Source: an uncultured virus (IMG/VR IMGVR_UViG_3300042397_001885) (Duplodnaviria; Heunggongvirae; Uroviricota; Caudoviricetes). Taken from it: a stretch of DNA of 64,000 bases. Positions within the stretch are counted from its first letter, which is position 1. Each line of letters begins with the position of its first letter. Below, piece after piece: positions 21,601 through 28,934 of the stretch. Position numbers and translations under genes: made by a program. Location: the IMG/VR virus record IMGVR_UViG_3300042397_001885. The stretch is one strand, 5' to 3'. The notes below the pieces were generated by a model that was not told where the DNA came from, made no database searches, and worked only from the letters and a program-made list of their open reading frames with translations.

Positions 21601-22031
21601 TAGGCATCTAGAGGTCTAATTGCAAGAGCTTCACCCATACCTTGTGCAGAAGCACCAGTTGAAATAAATTGTGTTTGCAAGGTAGAAGCTCTTCTAGCTG
21701 CAAGAGACATTGTTTCTGCAAACGCTGCACTATTTCTATTAAATGCAGAACTAAAAAATTGACCTAAAGTTCCTCTTCCTCTTTTTAAAGTGTTGTCAAG
21801 ATTTGCAGCAGCGGAGTTTAACTTTACAAACTCTGAAGTAAAAACTCCAGTTGAATTTATTGCTTTTGAAAGATCTCTTGTATAGTCAGTAGCAAATTTA
21901 GCTTGGGCTAGATTTCCCTTGGAAAGGGCTGAATTAAAGGAGTTAATTTGTAGTTGGAGCTTTTTTAGCTCAGCAGCAGCAGACCCAGTGTTTATCTGGA
22001 TATCAATAATGCCTTTAGCTACTCCAGCCAT
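12624..22031 (-). CDS. tape measure protein with internal cargo domains, 3135 aa
   Basis: Follows the chaperone pair; TP901-type core (GANALKSGLASLINPT), Ala-rich helices, hydrophobic segments, three GNTD.(V/I).AMLTPGEFV motifs. Confidence 0.93.
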   Translation of the reverse strand: MAGVAKGIIDIQINTGSAAAELKKLQLQINSFNSALSKGNLAQAKFATDYTRDLSKAINSTGVFTSEFVKLNSAAANLDNTLKRGRGTLGQFFSSAFNRNSAAFAETMSLAARRASTLQTQFISTGASAQGMGEALAIRPLDAYASKAAIAAERQALLNTMFRQGTTHMINFGKNVQWAGRQLMVGFTVPLTVLGTVAGKTFMDIEKELVNLKKVYGDAFTTPEEVNQNIAQVRQLAEEYTKYGIAVKDTIGMAANAAASGARNADLIDATRQATRLATLGQMEQQEALKTTIALQSAFRLSGEDLADTINFLNMVENQTVVSLQDLSAAIPRVAPVIKGLGGDVRDMSVFLAAMQEGGVSAEQGANALKSGLASLINPTKAATETLGSFGINLDKIISTNRGDLMGTVFAFGEALKGLDDFSKQQALEKVFGKYQYARLGALFENIVRDGSQASQVLQLMEYDVAALKTTAEKELSAVENALGTQLIGAVERLKLSLEPIGEIFVKLAIPFVNFLTTIVEKFNGLSDGQKKFAAIAAVLVGVVIPAGTMFLGLLINLLGTLGKISHGIAIFVKSLIKGGPIAAIRTLTQSTKYLSIEELEAATAAKQLSSATHIAKAAMLEQATSTDIARIAVAKLTAEYRTLISAQAQAAAFNPAFKTAGMAGAAAGAGKTGSVTVRALRRNAGGPIFVSGETQVPGVGNTDTVPAMLTPGEFVVNKEATAKNYALLDAINSGNKFNKGGMIPGYNLGSMVLRNSQARNQAIKERYLRMFGPEAQAKGISLEERFGNLSLLSRQDRIKNQRALKPKNVTARRTSPNQQRAQQDVQEGPIRNVQSVGNAPQSVIDELTADLVALGAPANVMGEKARLITPTPRYKREGPALEGDTSYGKEFDFNNSLRRGVSNPNLGVARKEMEDLFALNPQLHGTSTPVSPFKHILDEANLDPAHYSRIDSALRSKAIEIVKRSPESHKFSDPEYGRIIVDSLRAANLSTILQERLLSTARIMNTEIGSRSMKRFEPYIKDSIRFSDTGGIHPKFEPVPNAPRGGTYIYTASDGTRVEINAGQSRPIPGRLSYSNQRYNAGRTYNNAHAEVQDFNAGGAVGGMQYFGRMMPNRVVAKNQFEKFSGTKIAESEGHSSRFRSLAGVYEVNGRKMFVKPFQTLQEAQAELIGNAARRAIAGTATPGSRIVRMDGPEGEIFATTAPMIPGMKSGSTLSTKELVKQIPASSMLGDMDATAGNIISTRGGRLATIDPGAAGVKLIRNSKGVFRRATGSEISFGNEATNTGAYTAKAITQVIEKTGASKDFVKMLGDSIAREKLTKAQFTKMYDDAVESAIARVSSFKLPSRIGDRSKLDELARASGYKNADEAYSAIMLRDLTSIRGLSGEIYTSASRFQGVLKANSGTLVPGVGNTDTVPAMLTPGEFVINKDATAKNLPLLQAINNGETRRYGLGDYVNPLGSLTNAQRIKGIRPSASYQQSRSATGYNVFSGMGSAEKIAPVQAALKTGPKYILDAYKESGKAISDAAKPMLTSFKDTSKSVANGANNLKNSIKDYGKWNVVPRMQDAKQAVANTRAAMGTPEAKALRAERMQKAGQGMMMASMIPMMASGFVEDPKQQQMMMAAGGAMAILPMLQQFGPILGGLTLAVGAAAAGFLMFKKDMDNTAKSAAEFGSNLGGAANRMETISAATGYGFASTRSSVQDFRFTEEQSQGAAEMMPFFDTDEGKKLVEDLKGASSEERYEKVASMLTFAIADGMDPKKAESFGSAIAFALDDSLLKSKTVALIRSGRLQSGSQAMISEISKRQAAADSSTVSDFEKAKAEEAKRNNTAGTSSNVKYGGIGLAAGLGAGVAIAASTAKLAAMGGAIGSVVPVVGTAVGAVAGAVVGLVAGIAVYNLAIKNQQKQVAESSKSFGATIQTLKELNNAESLLNEERSKGLITDTQFESSLKQINEMRQVEYERVKKAIDIGASADAQAQGIKDQLVLSGFKGDTAQAVASNVTTDSISNKLFQKDMDKLDQAQKDVVTGIMASTLDGITEENAGAKIGDITDIYAKIADELVTAAADGLTSEEIRAEAEKEQIRKFAESAASNLVNLTPEQQAARANTMASNVSAALPNVNKMGVTTSQLVSGISGVSAEDQAKITESTANVEKFAQLLNSLPEGYDLSLAMEYFSGDNKEQDVDAFYKTQKDAIDKIAELMPKGADAQAIYTALKGPGKDPVKELEAANKKAQEMFDSLGGDEAKVKSVVFESTGYDMTQAEVDAFGALPASEQKSYLASFTIATMSVGNAPTIPQSGAPAEMSAYYKRLEVWKKAVADQQKAIQSVIPQTVVNTDDNGSSSGGTKPPSKKAQAKTFLKDATTNNKVLKNYTNLVKGAATANNIEALSMIPQDVYMNLSTENRKKLIKEMQKQIAYQQRLNAVTVLAETQKATADMKKYSKALNSLGVVITSDIEGMIDQKAFLAMTTEERKAYIAELNKQSVAQAKLAATMALADAKKQTSDMQKYSAALGGLGVAISSDIEGMIDQKAFLAMNTAQRKAYIAELNKQTLAQAKLAAAMEITDMQQQTQEMQNYFNAISPIAAAAGAEVLGMIDTEKYLAMTTTQREEYVKQLTSQLNVQRALDYLTQTSQERTMDAIDAESSAINIKNSALQNSLSGMERENELIQRQISLRNHALDLLAKEEEKINTTYDDRVKALDKVANANDRIAQKDRSRLDLASALASGDISAAAGAASAMQQEEAQFRIEDARAALEAKRQKELESLTVSVNGVMMTRKQITEQISQFGETIYKNEQDMILIQDQLYANSLAQKVLDDQRMKLEQQVLLIKMRQNIEALRAQGLTGQALIDFQNYIDAYNTLQAAAAAADIGNPGAAANTTLGAGGGGGAAAVIAAPTPVAAVTPVTPPPPPPPPPPPPPPPPPPPPPPPPPPPPVYSYYTKAQFNAGIKDSKVSYGNGSEQHYIARKLGYSNPTARTVKADEMDNVYWALSEARRQEITELVKEARASTSKAFSGYNSGGLVAGPGNTDSISAMLTPGEFVVRRSMVDKYGMSLLEAINMGAFKMPNMQEPKFSFSDSGRYDTGISDARVTETMYNNVYNLNVNVAGTDASPDDIANVVMAKLSQQNRGNLRSNRY
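13233..13316 (-). repeat. 28 consecutive proline codons in the tape measure
   Basis: 84 nt of CCN codons with mixed third positions. Confidence 0.95.
14150..14950 (-). repeat. four copies of a 68-aa (204-bp) repeat in the tape measure
   Basis: Equivalent Leu codons at 14232/14436/14640 and Met codons at 14661/14865; core SDIEGMIDQKAFLAM.T..RKAYIAELNKQ. Confidence 0.85.
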
Positions 22032-22402
22032 TAATTAACCACCTCATAATCCAAGCCATTTCCAATTCCAAAGCCAGCACGTTGTGCAGCTTTGCCTTGA
22101 AGGGCAAGAATGTCTCTAGGATTCGATGTAGCACCTTTGCTAAAAGCTCTAGCCTTTATCTCTTCCCATTTATTCTTAGACGTATCTGAACTATCTAAAT
22201 CAACGCCCTGTAAAGCTGCCATGAATTTTCTACTTTCATATTCTTGACTATTTTTAGCTTCTAGTATTGCTACCAGTTCGGGCATTGATATAGAGTCCTC
22301 CAGTTCAGAATAGTTCTTCCAGAATCCCAGAAGAAATACTCTTGATTCTATCTCAGCAAGATCTAGTTCGTCCCAACTAGAGCCGCTGCCAGTGCGTTTG
22401 GG
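22031..22402 (-). CDS. tail assembly chaperone, C-terminal (-1 frameshift) part
   Basis: The frame of ORF 22031..22285 stays open upstream (WDELDLAEIESRVFLLGFWKNYSELEDSISMPEL) to a TGA just before the slippery site. Confidence 0.85.
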   Translation of the reverse strand, partial: PKRTGSGSSWDELDLAEIESRVFLLGFWKNYSELEDSISMPELVAILEAKNSQEYESRKFMAALQGVDLDSSDTSKNKWEEIKARAFSKGATSNPRDILALQGKAAQRAGFGIGNGLDYEVVN

Positions 22403-22698
22403 TCATTCAGCTTAATTCCTGCAGCCACTTCAATAACCTTGTACACTGTTGGCAAGTCAATGAGCTCTTCTAGCTGCTCTTTGGTTGCCAGTTCTGGGTT
22501 GTATTGCTTCATAGCAATTACAGCACAGTTTAATAAAAGATCCATAGACTTTACATTGTCTTCTGCAATTTTTGGATCACTAATTTTTTGAAACTCTTTC
22601 ATAAAATCTCTAAGTAAAGAGATTTTTAGGGGTTTCATAGAAATAGCAGAACCATCTAATAGTTCTACTTCTACAACTTCATATACGCTAGTTGCCAT
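22363..22698 (-). CDS. tail assembly chaperone (gpG-like)
   Basis: Between major tail and tape measure; AGGAGG RBS. Confidence 0.85.
   Translation of the reverse strand: MATSVYEVVEVELLDGSAISMKPLKISLLRDFMKEFQKISDPKIAEDNVKSMDLLLNCAVIAMKQYNPELATKEQLEELIDLPTVYKVIEVAAGIKLNDPNALAAALVGTN
22396..22402 (-). other. -1 ribosomal frameshift slippery heptamer C CCA AAC
   Basis: XXXYYYZ heptamer, correctly phased (GAC CCA AAC), at the first position where the -1 frame opens. Confidence 0.85.
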
Positions 22699-22746
22699 TT
22701 ATTCCTCCTATAGAATATACTCAATTATATCATAGAAGCCTTGTTA

Positions 22747-22783
22747 AAAGAAATTACCCACCCTCAAATTAATGAGAGTGGGC
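22747..22783 (-). terminator. intrinsic terminator after the major tail gene
   Basis: GCCCACTCTCA-TTAATT-TGAGGGTGGGT then AATTTCTTTT on the minus strand. Confidence 0.75.
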
Positions 22784-22802
22784 AAGATCTATTATTCAGT
22801 TA

Positions 22803-23483
22803 TTATACTGTAGTTCCTACAACACGATCAACGATCTTGCCGTATGAGCCATTACCAGCTGGAAGCAAACGGAACGATACTTCGTACATAGAAGGAGTAT
22901 CACGCTTTGCTGAAACTGTTACGCTATCAATAGATAGAGCACGGTTAGCAACGTATACACGCTCTACTGCATCTTCACCAGTTGCGTTTGGATCACCAGA
23001 ACCTGGACCTACAGCGATAAGTGCACGTTCCAAAGGAACCTCACCGATATCACCTGCAGATAGATTTAGAGTTAGCTCGTCTGCGTCATCATCATTGTAG
23101 TTAGCATCTGAAGTTGCAACTGCAACAACAAGGTTTTCAAGAGTAGCTTCAGCAAATGCTGTTACCATGTTAACCTGCATACCTTGCTTGTAAAGCTTAG
23201 CAACGTCAAGAAGCTGATCAACCTGTACCTCACCAAAATCTGGCTGGAATTGTACTTCCAGACCGTTCATGGTGTAGCCTACGTTTCTCCATCTTGCTGA
23301 GTCATTCAACTCAAGAGTGTCTGCAAACTTCTGTCCTGGAACAAAGTCAAGAACACCTGCTGAGGCACTTCCGTTAAATGCATAGTATTCTTCAGCACTG
23401 TCCCATTCTAGAGGACCTTGTGTTGAAACGAACAACTGTGCTGCACCAACGATAATTTGATTGGAATTTCCACGATTAGCCAT
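22803..23483 (-). CDS. major tail protein
   Basis: IIVGAAQLF, NVGYTMNGLE, VDQLLD, FAEATLENL; GAGGTG RBS; upstream of the chaperones. Confidence 0.88.
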   Translation of the reverse strand: MANRGNSNQIIVGAAQLFVSTQGPLEWDSAEEYYAFNGSASAGVLDFVPGQKFADTLELNDSARWRNVGYTMNGLEVQFQPDFGEVQVDQLLDVAKLYKQGMQVNMVTAFAEATLENLVVAVATSDANYNDDDADELTLNLSAGDIGEVPLERALIAVGPGSGDPNATGEDAVERVYVANRALSIDSVTVSAKRDTPSMYEVSFRLLPAGNGSYGKIVDRVVGTTV

Positions 23484-23566
23484 ATTTTTTCACCTCAATT
23501 TTAGTCTTAAATTTGTAGGGCATTGGCGTTTCCTAACTTAATTATATACTATGTTTATGAAAGTTA

Positions 23567-24166
23567 TTAAACTGACCTTTCTCCAAATTGTGGAGAATGG
23601 TAATCATACTTAATAATTAGATCTCTTGTGGGATTATATTCCATAAAGTCAGCCACATCTTGCTGATTATCTGTAAATCCAGATTGATATACATTTACAC
23701 AATGAAAATAGTATTGATTTAAGTCTTTGCCATTTTTAGACTCTGCATATCCTGGCAAAGTCTTAGCAAATTCATTAATATCTCTTCCAGCATCGTCTTC
23801 TCTATCTAAGATATTTTGTATTAAAGAAGTTAGATTGTATGTAGTCTCAAACCTGTCCTGTTCGAACTTGTTAATGCCCCACAGAGAGCCACCATGGATC
23901 GTATACCTCATCTGGTCAGTCTTTATAGGGTAGAAATATTTATAGCCTCCACGGACTCTACTAAACTTATCAAATACAATATATGGCAAATCATTTTCAA
24001 GAACTGGAGTTGGAAGATTTGATGCAGGAGATGGAAAGAAAGGAACTATTGCAAGATTTTGATTTCCAACTACAGGGGCATACATTCTGTGAAATTCTGG
24101 AGCATAAGTTTTAAACTGCTCCCACACATAAAGGTTTATAATTTGTTCTGGTCTATACACTACCAT
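23567..24166 (-). CDS. tail terminator-like protein
   Basis: Position before major tail; PYIVFD motif. Confidence 0.55.
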   Translation of the reverse strand: MVVYRPEQIINLYVWEQFKTYAPEFHRMYAPVVGNQNLAIVPFFPSPASNLPTPVLENDLPYIVFDKFSRVRGGYKYFYPIKTDQMRYTIHGGSLWGINKFEQDRFETTYNLTSLIQNILDREDDAGRDINEFAKTLPGYAESKNGKDLNQYYFHCVNVYQSGFTDNQQDVADFMEYNPTRDLIIKYDYHSPQFGERSV

Positions 24167-24849
24167 TAAATCACTTCTCCTGGGGCTCTAGAAATCCAAG
24201 AAAGTGCTGCTGCTTTTCCTAGAGGATAGCCCCCACCATTTACGCCTGAAGCAAAACCATTCTCGTATGCCTTAGCATTTGAAAAATAGTCATAAAACTT
24301 TATTGCTTGTAGATAAACATTTGTAAAGTAAGATCCATAAAATTCATTAAACGCTTCTACAAAAGATCCTCTAGTTGCTTCTCCACCAGGATTTGCAATT
24401 GTAATTGGACCAACTCTAAAGTATTCCTGTCCATCAATTGTAAAGGCTAGGGCTTGTGCATTTTTTTCATTAATAGTTACAGGGATTCCTTCTTCCATAA
24501 TAATGGCTTTATTGTAAAAAGGCTCTTGTCCATCTTCTGAAGGAATATTTGATTGTAAAAATTCTGCATCAATTACTGCTGAAGTATTATTAACTTCAAG
24601 ACTTAAGTCATACAATCTTTCCATTGGATCTCCAATGCTTCCCCACTCATACACATGATGAAGCATTCCTGGATGAGATCTTGCCAGACCATCTAGATAG
24701 TCATAAAATGCTGAAATAGATGTCATACCTACTTTTTGATTTAACAAAGACTTGTTTTTATTTAATTCAGTAACAAATCCATTAGAATATCTTACTGTAT
24801 TATTTAACTTTTTAATTAAATCATCTGCTTTTATTCTCGATCTTATCAT
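24166..24849 (-). CDS. neck / tail completion protein
   Basis: LHHVYEWG motif, FYNKAIIMEEG; position in the head-tail module. Confidence 0.55.
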   Translation of the reverse strand: MIRSRIKADDLIKKLNNTVRYSNGFVTELNKNKSLLNQKVGMTSISAFYDYLDGLARSHPGMLHHVYEWGSIGDPMERLYDLSLEVNNTSAVIDAEFLQSNIPSEDGQEPFYNKAIIMEEGIPVTINEKNAQALAFTIDGQEYFRVGPITIANPGGEATRGSFVEAFNEFYGSYFTNVYLQAIKFYDYFSNAKAYENGFASGVNGGGYPLGKAAALSWISRAPGEVI

Positions 24850-25322
24850 AACTCATCTTCCCACTTTTGGTTTGCAGATCTTGAAATAAACATTCTATAC
24901 ATTCCAACATTATGAAACATATCAAAGCTTGGAACTATTGTCTTAACTTCATATTTTGTTTTTGTAGCACCTTGTTCATACTTAAGATTGTCTCCATTAA
25001 TCCATACTGGTTCTCCTGATGGATCTTTTATGTTTGTAATAGCTATTGCAGTTATTGGAAAATACTTTCCAGAAGAGGATTTTCTTACATCTTCTTGTGT
25101 TCTAAATGCAACTCCAGAGCTATAATCAAAAGATTTATTTCTTACCTTTAATTCTGGAGCAATCATGGCATCAACTAGTTCACTAATTGCAGAACATTTT
25201 ACAGTTCTGTCAAGTGCCCATCTTCTGACCATGTTTCCATAAGATGATTGAATTTCTTCTGCATAATAAATATCTGCAGTCATAGGAAAAAGTATGTCAT
25301 CAAGTGTTGAATTGAAAAGCAT
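24846..25322 (-). CDS. head closure (stopper)-like protein
   Basis: ADIYYA...SYGNMVRRW pattern; position. Confidence 0.6.
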   Translation of the reverse strand: MLFNSTLDDILFPMTADIYYAEEIQSSYGNMVRRWALDRTVKCSAISELVDAMIAPELKVRNKSFDYSSGVAFRTQEDVRKSSSGKYFPITAIAITNIKDPSGEPVWINGDNLKYEQGATKTKYEVKTIVPSFDMFHNVGMYRMFISRSANQKWEDEL

Positions 25323-26195
25323 TTATAACACCCCAACACGGATGCTATTCTTGTACTTTGTTAGGATTCTATCAACTACAAGATTTCCAGTTGATGCATT
25401 AAAGTTCTTTGCAAACTTAATTTTAAAATCAGCATTATCAAATGATTCAATGTACTTGTTTAAGTATTTCATATTGTCACTAGATATATCTGAGCAAAGA
25501 AGTTTTGTTGCCTCTTGAATATCTTGTGGAACTACTTTATATCCAAAGTCTGCATCAATTACATAATCATATCCGTCAGCGAATGCTCTAGAAAGATATC
25601 TATCTCTCCATACTTCTGGATATTCTGTTTTATTATCTTGTCCATATACTGGAACTATTGAAGTTTTATCTTTGCTAATTGCAAAATTTGTTTCATTGTT
25701 TTCTGATTCTGAGTCATAAAGTAAAGTTCCATTTTCATATACCTTGTAAAGCTTATTAATCTTTTCATTAACCACTAGGTAGTCAGAGCCATTTCCAACA
25801 ATCTCTTTTTCTTTTCTAGTATATCCAAATCCTTCAGAAACTTCTGAATCAATAATGTACCTTGCAATTCTTTCCATCTCTGTTACTTGAGTAGAAGTCT
25901 TGTTTAAATAAGTGGCAAGACTAGATATGTCTGTGTATGGTCTAACAACGTCAATATTTGTAGAAATAACAACTTCTTCTAGATAGTCATAAACGTTTGC
26001 TTCTAGTGTTGCATCATATCCTATGTATGATTCATTTAGTAAAAAGGTTACTGACCCATTACCATCAGATTCTTGCAAAACTGTGTAATCTTGCTCTGTA
26101 TTTAAATCTGTATAAACTAAAGTATATTCTGAACTAGGTAGTAGTCCAGAGAATGTTATGTATGGTCTTTGACCATTAATTCTTAAAGCTTCCAT
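25323..26195 (-). CDS. head-to-tail adaptor
   Basis: ARYIIDS, GYKVVPQDIQEAT, TGNLVVDRILTKY. Confidence 0.75.
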   Translation of the reverse strand: MEALRINGQRPYITFSGLLPSSEYTLVYTDLNTEQDYTVLQESDGNGSVTFLLNESYIGYDATLEANVYDYLEEVVISTNIDVVRPYTDISSLATYLNKTSTQVTEMERIARYIIDSEVSEGFGYTRKEKEIVGNGSDYLVVNEKINKLYKVYENGTLLYDSESENNETNFAISKDKTSIVPVYGQDNKTEYPEVWRDRYLSRAFADGYDYVIDADFGYKVVPQDIQEATKLLCSDISSDNMKYLNKYIESFDNADFKIKFAKNFNASTGNLVVDRILTKYKNSIRVGVL

Positions 26196-26386
26196 TATTT
26201 AACACCGAATGCTTCGGCTACCTCCTCTGGAGATGCTATCTTAATTTGTGAGAACTTGCTAACCCATACATCAGCATCTTTCTTGCTTACTATATTATAA
26301 CCTCTGTTAAGTCTGCCAAGCTCTTTATTGTATGCACCTGCACCTTTAATAAATAAGCATACTAGTTCATCTTTAACTTTTTCCAT
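26195..26386 (-). CDS. hypothetical protein
   Basis: GYNIVSK..ADVW...IASPEEVA; after the capsid gene, with its own TGATATAAT. Confidence 0.7.
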   Translation of the reverse strand: MEKVKDELVCLFIKGAGAYNKELGRLNRGYNIVSKKDADVWVSKFSQIKIASPEEVAEAFGVK

Positions 26387-26422
26387 AATATATCTATCTT
26401 ATTATATCATTTATAAATAGAT

Positions 26423-26452
26423 GAAGGGGAGACAAGTTAATGCCTCCCCTCC
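26423..26452 (-). terminator. hairpin/terminator after the major capsid gene
   Basis: GGAGGGGAGGCA-TTAACT-TGTCTCCCCTTC then ATCTATTT. Confidence 0.7.
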
Positions 26453-26466
26453 AATTTTGACTATAA

Positions 26467-27462
26467 TTAGTCTTGCATGAATGCTACTGCATCGGTTTCT
26501 TCGATAGCAATACCAAAGCGTAGGAATACTGTATATTCTACAGTGTCCTTCTTCGGCTTGAATTCACGGTGTACTGTTACGTCTCTCTGGAAGCCCCAAA
26601 TGCGGTTTTCTGGGAATGTAAGTGATACATAACCAGCTGGCATCAAAGGAACTTCAACTAATGGAAGACCTAGAACACGATACTGAATTGGTGCACCAAG
26701 GGTCTGCGGAGCAGAGCCATCAATAACACGTTCAATAATACGCTCGGAATTCAAGTTACCAGAAGATCCAAGACCGTTGATAATTGAAGCAACGGTTTCG
26801 GTGTCTGCATAGAACTTCATGTTCGAACGTGAACCACGGTACTTACGAGGCATTGCAAGGATTAGACCCTGCAAGTCTTCGATAGTTGTACCATATGTTG
26901 CTGAATTACCATCAGATTCGATTGATACGAAGCCTTCAAGGATGTTAAGGAAGTTGTTTGTACCAGTTCCTGTACCATTGATTGCTAGATCTTCAAGATC
27001 GTTTGCGAATGCACGGGTCATTGTACGGACCAAGTGATCCTCAAGACCTGAACCTTCGATATTATCTTCAAGAGCTTCAGTCGAAACTTCCCAATCAAGA
27101 CGAATCTTCTTAGTGGTAAGTTGTACCTTAGTAAATTGAACATCAGCATTTGTGTAGGTTGCATCAGCCTGGGCTGCTGCACGGATTACACGCTCTCCAA
27201 CATTCATCTTTTCAAGTTCGGTTGTATTAGCTCTCATAGTAACTCTACGACCATCTTGTGCTAGTACCTGCTGTTCAAAGATATACTCAATAAACTGACG
27301 TGACTGTTCAGGCTGCAAAATACCGCCATCAGACACTAGATCACCAACTGGGTTCGTATTGTCAAGAATTCCAGCTACTGGTGTATCTACACCACCAATT
27401 CCACCAGATACGATAGAACCTGCTGCAGCCGACTTTTCTAAAATTTCATTGTTTTCTGTCAT
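26467..27462 (-). CDS. major capsid protein (HK97 fold)
   Basis: GGILQPEQSRQFI, EALEDNIEG, FANDLEDLAING; GGAGGTG RBS; follows the protease. Confidence 0.93.
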   Translation of the reverse strand: MTENNEILEKSAAAGSIVSGGIGGVDTPVAGILDNTNPVGDLVSDGGILQPEQSRQFIEYIFEQQVLAQDGRRVTMRANTTELEKMNVGERVIRAAAQADATYTNADVQFTKVQLTTKKIRLDWEVSTEALEDNIEGSGLEDHLVRTMTRAFANDLEDLAINGTGTGTNNFLNILEGFVSIESDGNSATYGTTIEDLQGLILAMPRKYRGSRSNMKFYADTETVASIINGLGSSGNLNSERIIERVIDGSAPQTLGAPIQYRVLGLPLVEVPLMPAGYVSLTFPENRIWGFQRDVTVHREFKPKKDTVEYTVFLRFGIAIEETDAVAFMQD

Positions 27463-27486
27463 TTTTTATTTCACCTCCAGTTTCTC

Positions 27487-28884
27487 TTAATGATATAGGT
27501 CAGCGGAATTTAGGAAACGTCCACCCCACATAGACCCTTTTCTTATTGTATTGCCCTGAACGACCCCGCCAAGATCGCCAGACTTACGGACAGCTGTATC
27601 GTCTTCTAGACCGTCTACACGCTTTCCAAACTCTTCAAGATTGCCTTTTACCGCAGAAATTTCTTCATTGGTTGTATCAACTGACTTTTTGATACCTGCA
27701 ATTTCTTCGTTTAGTGATTTAATTGTTGAAACAAGTTCACTCACTGCCTCTGTTACTGAAACCTTAATTTCGTCAACAGCTTTTACAAGCTCAGAATCGG
27801 TTGTATCTTCTGCAATAACAGACTTTTCAACTTCAACGTCATCAGAAGCAACTTCTTCTGCAACTTCTTCTGCAGATGCTTCTTCTGGATCAGCAGACTT
27901 AGCTACTGTTTCCTCAACAGCGTCAACTGCGTCAACTGACTTTTCTACGGTTTCTTCGGCAGGAGCTTCAGCAACAGCTTCTTCAGCTGCAACTTCTTCA
28001 ACGGTGTCTTCTACTACTGTATTTTCTTCTGACACGTTGTTCTCCTCCTTTATATTGTTTTCCGCAATTGACGCATTATTGTCAATCGCTGTTTCAGACG
28101 TTTCGCCTGAAGATTGTGGGGTTTCGGAAACTTCATCAGATTTTACTAGGTCTGTTACACCAATAAACTTATTTAAGAGTGACTTAACTGTCATAGCTTT
28201 CTCTGCATCCTTCGTCTCTACAAAACCAATATTTTTCATGCTAACTTCACATGAAGGACAGCTTGAATCTTCAACCTCTGAAAGTCTGACGAGACCGTCA
28301 TTCTCACACCAGTAGACATTTTCAAGATCTGCTTTTGCAATTATACCATCATTTTGTTCATCCTTATTAATCTTCTGAATAGACACAACATTTGCAAACT
28401 GATTTGCAGGATTGTCTACCAAGGATAGCTCATGAAGTTCATAATCTTTTACAATTCTTACTGTCTTATCAATGTTTTCATCCCAAGAATTTTCTGCATC
28501 TTTAATTACTCCGCCAATTGAAAATCCTGAAAGAGTACCATCAAGAACCTTTTCCCAAGTATCTTGAGCACCCTTAGAAATGTAAGCATCTACATATACA
28601 CCATTATATAGTTTTTCTGTAGACTTGTCAAAAAACTTTTCTTGTCTAAAATTAATTACTTTTCCAACTGCAATTGCCTGATGCATTTCTCTCAAATTAC
28701 CACGGAATGTTTCAAAGGCTTTTATACTTACATTTGTTGGAACAATGTCAGACTGCTTATCAATATTATCAAGCGTAGCAAATCCAGAGACGAGTCTACG
28801 CTCTTCATCTATCTTGGCTATTGGCATAGATAACTTTATATCATCGTTATCCGAAGTCCAGTAAGCCTTGTTTAAAGCAGTCAT
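27487..28884 (-). CDS. prohead protease fused to an acidic scaffold-like C-terminus
   Basis: LREMH, GFSIGG and ELSLVDNPAN (HK97 protease); E/A/V-rich linker and coiled coil. Confidence 0.9.
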   Translation of the reverse strand: MTALNKAYWTSDNDDIKLSMPIAKIDEERRLVSGFATLDNIDKQSDIVPTNVSIKAFETFRGNLREMHQAIAVGKVINFRQEKFFDKSTEKLYNGVYVDAYISKGAQDTWEKVLDGTLSGFSIGGVIKDAENSWDENIDKTVRIVKDYELHELSLVDNPANQFANVVSIQKINKDEQNDGIIAKADLENVYWCENDGLVRLSEVEDSSCPSCEVSMKNIGFVETKDAEKAMTVKSLLNKFIGVTDLVKSDEVSETPQSSGETSETAIDNNASIAENNIKEENNVSEENTVVEDTVEEVAAEEAVAEAPAEETVEKSVDAVDAVEETVAKSADPEEASAEEVAEEVASDDVEVEKSVIAEDTTDSELVKAVDEIKVSVTEAVSELVSTIKSLNEEIAGIKKSVDTTNEEISAVKGNLEEFGKRVDGLEDDTAVRKSGDLGGVVQGNTIRKGSMWGGRFLNSADLYH

Positions 28885-28934
28885 GTTACTTCCTATTATA
28901 TATGTATTTTTTATATATTTATAATATTGTTATA

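Noticed and set aside
22741..23100. 119-aa plus-strand ORF over the major tail gene
   Set aside because: Antisense to a strongly supported gene and spans its terminator
27641..28315. 224-aa Ser/Thr-rich plus-strand ORF
   Set aside because: Antisense shadow of the Glu/Ala/Val-rich scaffold region; no RBS or independent signal
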